Source: an uncultured delta proteobacterium (GTDB lineage: Bacteria; Myxococcota; Myxococcia; Myxococcales; Anaeromyxobacteraceae). Taken from it: a DNA stretch of 64,000 nucleotides. Location of the stretch: the NCBI GenBank assembly GCA_963845515.1, contig CAWJSR010000026.1, positions 32,001 through 96,000 of the forward strand, in the 5' to 3' direction. Positions 8,352-15,650 of the stretch are shown in pieces (the stretch's first letter is position 1; each line of letters opens with the position of its first letter). The position numbers and the translations under genes were made by a program. Below the pieces are notes generated by a model. That model did no database searches, had not been told where the DNA came from, and saw nothing but the letters and a program-made list of their open reading frames with translations.

Positions 8352-10439
8352 ATGAGCCTCCCACCACTCCTGCAGAGCCTCCCCGAGATCAAGGGCGCTC
8401 TCACGGTCGATCCGACTGGGCGGCTCCTCTCGGCCGAGCCCCCGTCGGCGGACCAGGGTGATGCTGCGGCGGCGATCGCGGTGGCCGTGCGCGGGTTCTC
8501 CGCCGCCGGAACGTGCGCGAAGCTGGGCCCCCTGGCCACGTTGCTCGTGAAGGGAGCCGGGAGCTCGTCGGTCACCGCGGTCCGGCAGAGTGCCCTCCTC
8601 CTCGTGAAGGTCGATCCGGCGACCACGACCCACCAGGTGGAGCGGGCGCTCAAGGATTGGACGCCGAACGGGACGGCGGGGGTTGCCGCTCCACCAGCCC
8701 TGACACCCACGCCGCCGCGGCCGATGCCAGCGAAGGCGGCAGCGCCGAGCCAGCCGGCCTCGTCCTTCCCTCCCCGGCAGGCGCCAGCGAAGCCGGTCGC
8801 AGATCCCTGGGCCGCGCTCCGCCGTTCGCTCGGCCGGGGACTGCTCACCGAGGCGGTCACCTACCAGCGACAGCTCGTCGCAGCTGCCGATCCGGCGCGG
8901 GCCGGGAGCGAGCCGGTCACGGCCGAGGAGTGCGACCGGGCCGTGCGCTCCCTGCTCGAGGGGATCGGCAGCGTGATGGCCGGCGACGGAGTCGTGGGCG
9001 GCCGGATCCTCGGGCCGCTAGCGGACGGCTCGTCGCCGAACCTCAGCTTCAGGTGGCTCGCGCTCCTCTGGATCGCGCGGGCCGATCTGCGGAGCGGCGC
9101 GATCCCGGTGGCGCGCGCCCACGTGCAGGAGGCGCTCACCACCGCGCGGCAGCTCGACATCGAGGCCCGGGCGCTCAGCCAGTGGATCGCGGCAGAGGTG
9201 CTCGCGCAGGACGGCGACGCTCCCCGCGCGCTCGCGTGGCTGACGGAGTCGCGCAGCCGCTTCGAGAAGATCGGTGACCGCTGGGGCATGGGCCACACCT
9301 GGCTCTCCGAGGCGCGCGTGCTGACCTCCGCGAAGCGCGAGCACGAGGCGTCCGAGGCCGCGCGGCAGGCCGCGGCGCTCATCCCCGACTCCGAAGAGCC
9401 GTCGATCGTGCACGCCCGGCTGGCGGTGATCGGGGACGACCTGGCGGCGGCCGAGCGCGTCCTGGGTCCGCTCAAGACGCAGGCCGCCGACCGCCTGCGG
9501 GCCCTGGTCGCCGCGATCAATGGAGCGCTCGTCTCGCGCGCTGACGCCGGCGAGTTCCTGCGCGAGCAGGAGGCGCCGCCGAGCGAGCGGGCGCTCAGGG
9601 CCCTCGAGCGGATCTCGAAGGCGTCGCCCCGCTTCGCGCCGGCGCGCGAGGCGCTCGCGTGGATGCTCCTCCGGCTCGGCCGGTACGATGACGCCGGCGC
9701 GGTCTTCCGGGGACTCCTCGCGCACACTCTCGCTCCCGGAGACCGCGCCTCCGTGATGCTGGGGCTCGGCTGCATCGCCAACGCCCAGGGCGTGACCGGC
9801 GCGCCCCTGCGCGACCTCGTGGCCGCCGGGACGACGGAGCCGTCGAAGGCGTCCGCAGACGACCTGCCGCCGCTCCCGCCGCTCTCCACCTCGGGGATGC
9901 TCGCCCGCGCCACGCAGGGCGCCGGCGCCGGCTCCGTCTTCTCGGGACAGCTGAGCAGCTTCGCCCTCCCCGACCTCCTGGAGTTCCTCCGGACCGGGAA
10001 GCGGACCGGCCTCCTCGTCTGCAGCTCCGCCGCTGGCATGGGCGCGCTCCGCTTCCGCGACGGCTGGATCACCGGCGCGGCCTCACCCTCGACGCCGAGC
10101 GTCGGCGACGTGCTCGTCGGCTCGCGCAAGGTGACCCCCGAGGCGCTCAGGAAGGCCTTCGCCACGCTCGGCCCGGACCTGCCCGACCACCTCGTCGGCG
10201 AGCAGCTCGTCCGCGACGGGATCACCGACGGGGCCTCGGTGAAGAAGGCGCTCGAGCAGCAGATCGGCCTCGCGGTGCGCGAGCTGATGCACTGGACCGA
10301 CGGGGAGTTCACGTTCAACCGCGAGACGCAGGGGGCGCCGGAGTCGCAGGGGCTCTCGGTGGCGCTCGACCCCCAGGGGCTGCTCCTCAACTTCTTCAGG
10401 GAGATGGACGAGGCGTCGCGCGACGCCGCGTCCCCCTGA
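8352..10439 (+). CDS. Multidomain protein: N-terminal roadblock/MglB-like domain, Pro-rich linker, TPR-like repeats, C-terminal DUF4388 (PatA-N-like) domain
   Basis: ATG 8352 is in frame with ORF 7818..10439. N-terminus LQSLPEIKGALTVDPTGRLL...LGPLATLLVKG...LLLVKVDP (roadblock pattern). C-terminus FSGQLSSFALPDLLEFLRTGKRTGLL...LRFRDGWITGA...LMHWTDGEFTF...LDPQGLLLN (DUF4388). Confidence 0.75.
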   Translation: MSLPPLLQSLPEIKGALTVDPTGRLLSAEPPSADQGDAAAAIAVAVRGFSAAGTCAKLGPLATLLVKGAGSSSVTAVRQSALLLVKVDPATTTHQVERALKDWTPNGTAGVAAPPALTPTPPRPMPAKAAAPSQPASSFPPRQAPAKPVADPWAALRRSLGRGLLTEAVTYQRQLVAAADPARAGSEPVTAEECDRAVRSLLEGIGSVMAGDGVVGGRILGPLADGSSPNLSFRWLALLWIARADLRSGAIPVARAHVQEALTTARQLDIEARALSQWIAAEVLAQDGDAPRALAWLTESRSRFEKIGDRWGMGHTWLSEARVLTSAKREHEASEAARQAAALIPDSEEPSIVHARLAVIGDDLAAAERVLGPLKTQAADRLRALVAAINGALVSRADAGEFLREQEAPPSERALRALERISKASPRFAPAREALAWMLLRLGRYDDAGAVFRGLLAHTLAPGDRASVMLGLGCIANAQGVTGAPLRDLVAAGTTEPSKASADDLPPLPPLSTSGMLARATQGAGAGSVFSGQLSSFALPDLLEFLRTGKRTGLLVCSSAAGMGALRFRDGWITGAASPSTPSVGDVLVGSRKVTPEALRKAFATLGPDLPDHLVGEQLVRDGITDGASVKKALEQQIGLAVRELMHWTDGEFTFNRETQGAPESQGLSVALDPQGLLLNFFREMDEASRDAASP

Positions 10440-10480
10440 CGCCCGCCGATCCGCGCGCGCCGACGACACGCCCCCCCCAG

Positions 10481-11902
10481 ATGCCCACCTCTCGCGCGAC
10501 CGACACGACCGACCCAGCCCGCCTCGTGGGGCTGAAGCTGGGGAACTACCGGCTGGAGCGGCTCATCGGGCGCGGGCGGATGGGGGTCGTCTACCTGGCG
10601 AACGACGAGGCGCTGCTTCGTCCGACCGCGATCAAGCTGCTCTCGTGGAAGGCCGCCGACGCCCAGGGGCAGGACCCGGTCCGCTGGTTCCTGGGCGAGG
10701 CGCGCATGGTCGCCCGGATCAACCACCCGCGCGTGGTCCAGATCTACGGGGCCGCGCGCCAGGGCGACCACTGCTACATCGCGATGGAGTACGTCGTCGG
10801 GCGCTCGGCCGAGGCGATGGTCGCCGAGGGGGCGATCGCGCCAGAGCTGGCGACCGACATCCTGCTCCAGGCCGCGGCCGCGCTCCACGCGGCCCACGTC
10901 TCGGGGATCATCCACCGCGACGTGAAGCCGGCCAACCTGCTCGTCGGCGCCGGCGGGGTCACGAAGCTCGGCGACTTCGGGATGGCGCTAGGCAGCGCCG
11001 ACCTGGCGGTCGGGAACGCTCACATCCGCGTCGGCACCCCCTACTACACCGCCCCGGAGATCTGGGCGGGCGGGAAGGCGAGCGTCGCGTCGGACATCTA
11101 CTCGCTCGGAGCGACCTGGTTCCACCTGCTCACCGGCCAGCCGCCCTTCCCCGGCGCGACCGTCCCCGCCGTCGAGCAGGCACATCTCCGCGCCCCGATC
11201 CCCGACCCCCGCGCGCTGGTCCCGTCGCTGCCGGCGTCGTGCGCCGCGCTGATCTCCCGCGCGCTCGCCAAGGATCCGCGCGACCGGCAGGCGTCCGCGC
11301 TGGTCCTGCTGCAGGAGGGGCGCGGCGTCATGCAGGAGCTCGCCGCGGCCGGGGGCGCCCCGCTCCCGTCGCGGCATTCGGAGCCGGCCCTGACGCCGCT
11401 CCCCTCGGGGCTGCGCCACCTGCCGCCCCTCGCGCCGGAGCTGCTGCGGACCACCCTCGGCTTCCTCTTCCGCCCCTTCTCGGACGTCGCGCCCCACCAC
11501 GCGGTGCTCGCCCCCTTGCCGGCGCGAGCCAACGCGTCGCAGCTCGACGCCTACCTGCGGAGCTGGTTCGCCGCGACGCTCGCTCCCGGGGCGCCGCCGA
11601 TCCTCGTCACGCGCGACGCGCTCCTCCTGCTGGCGCTGCGGACCGAGGGCGCGCTCCAGCGCGTGCACTGCGTCGCCGAGAACATGCTGGTGCTCGCCGC
11701 GGTCGAGGGGCGCCGCACGCTCTGCACCTGGCACGCCTGGACCGCCGGGGACGACGAGCGGTGGGTGGAGACGCGGCCGGTGGAGTCGCTGCCGGCGCGC
11801 CCGGACCCCTGGCCCCCGCCCGAGGTGACCGACGTGATCGACGCGTGCCGGCGCGGCGCGGGGATGCCCCCCTGGCCGCGTGTCGCCGGACGAAGCGGGT
11901 GA
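10481..11902 (+). CDS. Ser/Thr protein kinase (Hanks/Pkn type) with a C-terminal ExeA/AAA-like remnant
   Basis: IGRGRMGVVY, AIK, HRDVKPANLL, KLGDFGMA, GTPYYTAPE and SDIYSLG motifs all intact; no transmembrane segment. Confidence 0.92.
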   Translation: MPTSRATDTTDPARLVGLKLGNYRLERLIGRGRMGVVYLANDEALLRPTAIKLLSWKAADAQGQDPVRWFLGEARMVARINHPRVVQIYGAARQGDHCYIAMEYVVGRSAEAMVAEGAIAPELATDILLQAAAALHAAHVSGIIHRDVKPANLLVGAGGVTKLGDFGMALGSADLAVGNAHIRVGTPYYTAPEIWAGGKASVASDIYSLGATWFHLLTGQPPFPGATVPAVEQAHLRAPIPDPRALVPSLPASCAALISRALAKDPRDRQASALVLLQEGRGVMQELAAAGGAPLPSRHSEPALTPLPSGLRHLPPLAPELLRTTLGFLFRPFSDVAPHHAVLAPLPARANASQLDAYLRSWFAATLAPGAPPILVTRDALLLLALRTEGALQRVHCVAENMLVLAAVEGRRTLCTWHAWTAGDDERWVETRPVESLPARPDPWPPPEVTDVIDACRRGAGMPPWPRVAGRSG

Positions 11903-11943
11903 GGGGATCGAGCCATGGAGCTGACCACACACGGAGCGCACGC

Positions 11944-12267
11944 ATGACCGACCTCGCGAGAATCGCAAAGATCCCCAACGTCACGAGCGCGGTGCTCGGT
12001 GACCTGTCCGGCAGCTTCTTCGACGCGATCCGCGAGGCCGACGGCGAGTCGGTGGCCGCCGTCACCGGCTTCATCTCCACGAGCCTCGTGGAGGCCGGCG
12101 ACCAGCTGGGGCTGGGGGCGCTCGCGCGCGTGTCGCTCGCCGGCCCCACGCGCGCCTTCGTCATCGCCGTGGAGGCCGGTCAGGTCGTCACCATCGGCGT
12201 CGCGCCGCCGGGCTCCCTCCCGGCGGTGGAGCGTGCGCTCGACTCCTCTTCCGGCGTTCGAGGCTGA
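11944..12267 (+). CDS. Roadblock/LC7-domain protein
   Basis: MTDLARIAKIPNVTSAVLGDLSGSFF...ESVAAVTGFISTSLVEAGDQLGLGALARVSLAG...; 107 aa; GGAG RBS; 3' part of ORF 10645..12267. Confidence 0.75.
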   Translation: MTDLARIAKIPNVTSAVLGDLSGSFFDAIREADGESVAAVTGFISTSLVEAGDQLGLGALARVSLAGPTRAFVIAVEAGQVVTIGVAPPGSLPAVERALDSSSGVRG

Positions 12268-12268
12268 C

Positions 12269-12991
12269 ATGGAAGCGATCCTTCAGACGGTCATGGATCT
12301 CGGCGGCGTCACCGCGGCGATGGTCTTCGACAACGCCGGCCAGCTCCTCGGCCACCGCGGCCACTCGATCTACGACCGCGCCCTCTGCGAGCAGGTGGGT
12401 GTCGCGCTCGTCAGGGCGATCGACGCGGTCCAGCTGCAGCAGGAGGACTGGGAGACCATCACCGCCCAGTTCCAGGACGGGAAGCTGATCCTGCGGAAGG
12501 TCGGCGCCGTCGGCGGCCGGACCCAGGTCCTGGCCGTCGTCGCAGACGGCAACCTCAACCCGTCGTTCGCCACGGTGGCGATCCGGGTCGCCGCCGGAAA
12601 GCTCAGGAAGCTGCTCGAGGGGGGCGGGGCCTCCTCTTCGATCCTGGGCTCGTCGCACCCGGGCGGCCAGGGGCCGTCGCCGGCGGACTCCCGGCCGGCG
12701 CTGCCGGGCCAGAGCTGGGCGAAGGGCTCCGGCTCCAGCGTGGGGCTGTCCAGGGTGCAGGCCGCTGACCCGGCCGCCGGCGCGTTCCTCGGCCGCTGCG
12801 CGAAGGCGCTGGCCCAGGCCGTAGGCCCGATCGCGAAGGTCTACGTCGAGGAGGCCGTCCGCCGGGTCTCGCCGGACGCGCCCTTCGCGCTGGCGAGCGC
12901 CGCGCCCCTCGTCGAGGACCTGGCGAGCCAGATCGAGGATCCAGCCGACCGGAAGCAGTTCAAGGCGGCGCTCGCGAAGGGCCACGAATAG
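12269..12991 (+). CDS. Roadblock/LC7-domain protein with an extra C-terminal helical domain
   Basis: MEAILQTVMDLGGVTAAMVFDNAGQLL...ETITAQFQDGKLILRK...LAVVAD; Ser/Gly linker; then KALAQAVGPIAKVYVEEAV...LVEDLASQIEDPADRKQF. Confidence 0.75.
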   Translation: MEAILQTVMDLGGVTAAMVFDNAGQLLGHRGHSIYDRALCEQVGVALVRAIDAVQLQQEDWETITAQFQDGKLILRKVGAVGGRTQVLAVVADGNLNPSFATVAIRVAAGKLRKLLEGGGASSSILGSSHPGGQGPSPADSRPALPGQSWAKGSGSSVGLSRVQAADPAAGAFLGRCAKALAQAVGPIAKVYVEEAVRRVSPDAPFALASAAPLVEDLASQIEDPADRKQFKAALAKGHE

Positions 12992-13052
12992 CCACCGCAG
13001 CGATCGACCAGACCCGCAGCCATACGCCGTCCCGCAGCCCGGAGGTACACCG

Positions 13053-13970
13053 ATGTCCGTCGCAGACAAGATCCGAGAGAGCCTGGGCGTCAAGATCACG
13101 CTGAAGCTCGCCGTCCTGATGGTCGCCCTGACCGCCGCAGCCGCCATCGGGATCACCCTCCTGCAGACGCAGTCCCTCGAGGCCATGACCCTGGAGAAGG
13201 CTCGCGTCGCCGCGACGATCGGCGCCCGCCAGTACGGCGACTTCTTCGACAACGCCATCGACAGCGGGCTGATGACGGTGTCCGACGCGTTCGACCGGAA
13301 CTACGTCGAGATCAAGGGCTACGACTTCGGGGGGAAGCCCAAGTACCACACGCGCTACGACGCCTTCACCGACCGGGCCGTCCTCGTGTTCCAGGACAAG
13401 TTCCTCGACCACAAGGACTTCCTCTTCGCCGTCGGCGTGGACGTGAACGGCTACCTGCCCACGCACAACACCAGGTTCCAGAAGCAGGTGACCGGCGATC
13501 CCGCCGCGGACCTCGCCGGCAACCGGACCAAGCGCAAGTTCGACGACGCCGTCGGCATCGCCGCCGCCAAGAACACCGAGCCGACGCTGGTGCAGGTCTA
13601 CTCGCGGGACACCGGCGAGACGATGTGGGACGTCTCGGCCCCGATCTTCGTGAAGGGGAAGCACTGGGGAGGGTTCCGGGTCGCCGTCTCGATGCAGCGG
13701 ATCGCGGACCGGATGATGCTCCTGCTCGCCACGCTGCTCGGCGCCTTCGCCGTCTTCGGCGTCGTGACCCTCACGGCGATGTACGTCGTGGTCCGCGGCG
13801 CGATGAAGCCAGTCAAGGCGCTGACCGCTGCCGCGACCAGGATCGGCCTCGGCGAGGATCTGGACACACCAATCAAGACCGACGAGGTCGACGAGATCGG
13901 CAAGCTGACCAAGTCGATCGACAGGCTGCGGCTCAGCATGAAGGCGGCCATGGCCCGCCTCGGCCAGTAA
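13053..13970 (+). CDS. Membrane sensor: TM, Cache-like periplasmic domain, TM, HAMP; no output domain
   Basis: TM1 LAVLMVALTAAAAIGITLL; sensor motifs VDVNGYLPTHN...NRTKR.F...Y.RDTGE..WDVSAPIFVKGKHWGG; TM2; HAMP KPVKALTAAATRIGLG...DEIGKLTKSIDRLR, then stop; GGAGG RBS. Confidence 0.85.
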   Translation: MSVADKIRESLGVKITLKLAVLMVALTAAAAIGITLLQTQSLEAMTLEKARVAATIGARQYGDFFDNAIDSGLMTVSDAFDRNYVEIKGYDFGGKPKYHTRYDAFTDRAVLVFQDKFLDHKDFLFAVGVDVNGYLPTHNTRFQKQVTGDPAADLAGNRTKRKFDDAVGIAAAKNTEPTLVQVYSRDTGETMWDVSAPIFVKGKHWGGFRVAVSMQRIADRMMLLLATLLGAFAVFGVVTLTAMYVVVRGAMKPVKALTAAATRIGLGEDLDTPIKTDEVDEIGKLTKSIDRLRLSMKAAMARLGQ

Positions 13971-13992
13971 CCCCGACGAAGAGGACACGACC

Positions 13993-14637
13993 ATGACACG
14001 TCTACTCCGCAGGTCCGCCGTGCTGCTCGCCGTCGCCACCGCCGCCGCGCTCGCCCCTCCCGCCTCCGCCGCGCAGCCGAAGCGGCCGGGCACCGAGGCC
14101 TCGACGGACGACCTCTCCTCCCAGGAGCGGGAGATGCTGGAGCGCGGCAAGGAGTTCGCCCGCCGCTGCACCGAGGCGATCGAGCGGTGGGTCGCGAAGA
14201 AGGAGGTCAGCCCCGAGCGGCTCTTCAGCTTCCTCTACTACCCGCTGCCGGACACGGATCCTCCCAAGTTCACGACGGACTACGACAAGCTCTCCGACCG
14301 GGACATCCAGGCGATCGAGGAGGAGATCCTCGCGGAGGATTCGACCATCATCTTCACGGTCCTCGTCGACAAGAACGGCTACCTGCCCACGCACAACCAG
14401 CGCTACTCGCAGCCGCTCACGGGCAACAAGGCGAGCGACCTCGTGAACAACCGGACGAAGCGGATCTTCAGCGATCGGACCGGCCTGCTGGCGGCGCAGA
14501 ACACCGAGCCGTACCTCATCCAGAGGTACCAGCGTGACACCGGCGAGACGATGGCCGATCTCTCGGTCCCGGTCTTCATCGGCGGCAAGCACTGGGGCGC
14601 CGTCCGGATCGGGTATCGGCAGCTCGGGGCGCGGTAG
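13993..14637 (+). CDS. Secreted stand-alone copy of the same Cache-like sensor domain
   Basis: Signal peptide SAVLLAVATAAALAPPASA; VDKNGYLPTHN...NRTKRIF...YQRDTGETMADLSVPVFIGGKHWGAVRIGY closely matches the upstream gene. Confidence 0.85.
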   Translation: MTRLLRRSAVLLAVATAAALAPPASAAQPKRPGTEASTDDLSSQEREMLERGKEFARRCTEAIERWVAKKEVSPERLFSFLYYPLPDTDPPKFTTDYDKLSDRDIQAIEEEILAEDSTIIFTVLVDKNGYLPTHNQRYSQPLTGNKASDLVNNRTKRIFSDRTGLLAAQNTEPYLIQRYQRDTGETMADLSVPVFIGGKHWGAVRIGYRQLGAR

Positions 14638-14640
14638 GCG

Positions 14641-14703
14641 CCTCCCCAGCCTCCTCCTCCCCCGGCCGAGGGCCGGGGGAGGAGGTCGTCTCACGGTGAC
14701 GAC
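14641..14703. repeat. Palindromic REP-like element / possible bidirectional terminator between convergent genes
   Basis: Perfect 15-bp inverted repeat CCTCCTCCCCCGGCC-gag-GGCCGGGGGAGGAGG (14653-14685), followed by a small GTCGTC/GACGAC hairpin. Confidence 0.6.
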
Positions 14704-14743
14704 AGGAGCGAGGCCATTCCGCGCGGCCTTCCGGACGAGAGCT

Positions 14744-15549
14744 TCAGCGGACGCACCGCGCGTAGGCGTCGGCCACCGTCTTCACGAGCCCCGGCGTCCC
14801 CACGCTGCCGCCCAGGAAGGACGCCTGCCAGGCAGTGGTCGAGACCGGCCCCACCGTCGTGGAGGACCAGTAGTAGTTCTCCTTCGTGGTGGGGAACGCG
14901 ACCAGGTCGGCGACCGGGTACTTCGAGAAGTCCTCGATGGAGGCCAGCTCCTTGACGTTGGGGAGGCGCCAGTCGCTGGCGCCTCCCAGGGTGAGCCCCT
15001 CGCAGTAGGAGAGCGCCTGCTCCCAGGTCTTCTTCGTGCCGTCGTCCGCCCGCTGCCAGGCGAGCCCCCGCGCCGCGTCAGTCACGGTGCCGTTGCCGTT
15101 GTCCTCGCCGAAGGTGGACGTATAGGAGGTGAGACCTCCTGACCCGTGTCGGGGACGTGGGCGGCCACGACCACCTCGACCTTCACCGCATCGGCGCTGC
15201 TCGTCAGCATCCCGTCGTCCACGGTCAGGCTCAGGACGTAGGTCCCCTCCACGTCCACGTTGAAGGTCGGCGCCGCGGCCGTCGCGCTCGAGAGCGTCGC
15301 CGTGCTCCCTCCCGGCGTCGACGTGAGGGACCACGCATACGTCAGGGTGTCGCCGTCGGCGTCGCTGCTCCCGCTCCCGTCCAGGCTCACGAGCGACCCC
15401 GTCGCCACCGACTGGTCCAGCCCGGCGTTGGCCAGGGGGCGCACGTTCGTGTCTCCGCCCTCGTCGCCGCCGCCTCCACCACCGCCACAGCCGGCGCCGA
15501 TCAGCAGGAATACGGCCAGAGCAGCGAGGCGCATGCGCGTCGTTCTCAT
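14744..15549 (-). pseudogene. Lipoprotein with a PKD/Ig-like domain and a DUF1566 (Lcl C-terminal) domain, frameshifted at ~15131-15138
   Basis: ORF 15082..15549 has a lipobox (GAGC) and a PKD-like ANAGLDQSV...LDGSGSSDADGDTLTYAW, ending at VPDTGQ. It continues in another frame as TSYTSTFGEDNGNGTVTD..GLAWQ...WEQALSYC...DWRLPNVKEL...YWSST...ARCVR. Total length is 3n+2. Confidence 0.75.
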
Positions 15550-15650
15550 CGTGGAGTCCCCTGGTGTGCGTGCGGGCGTGACGCGGAAGTGGCCCTACGG
15601 GCGGACCGTCGGGGGCCCACACTGGCACGACGGGTGAAGGCTGCCAGTAT

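Noticed and set aside
14744..15120. DUF1566 C-terminus followed by hairpins as a possible diversity-generating retroelement target
   Set aside because: No reverse transcriptase and no adenine-variant template repeat were seen in the window. The hairpin belongs to the dispersed repeat family. A trans-acting DGR elsewhere cannot be excluded.
7483..15650. Accessory operon near tRNA-Ser as a tRNA-integrated genomic island
   Set aside because: It lies on the 5' side of the tRNAs beyond tadA. I found no integrase, no duplicated tRNA 3' end and no obvious GC shift.
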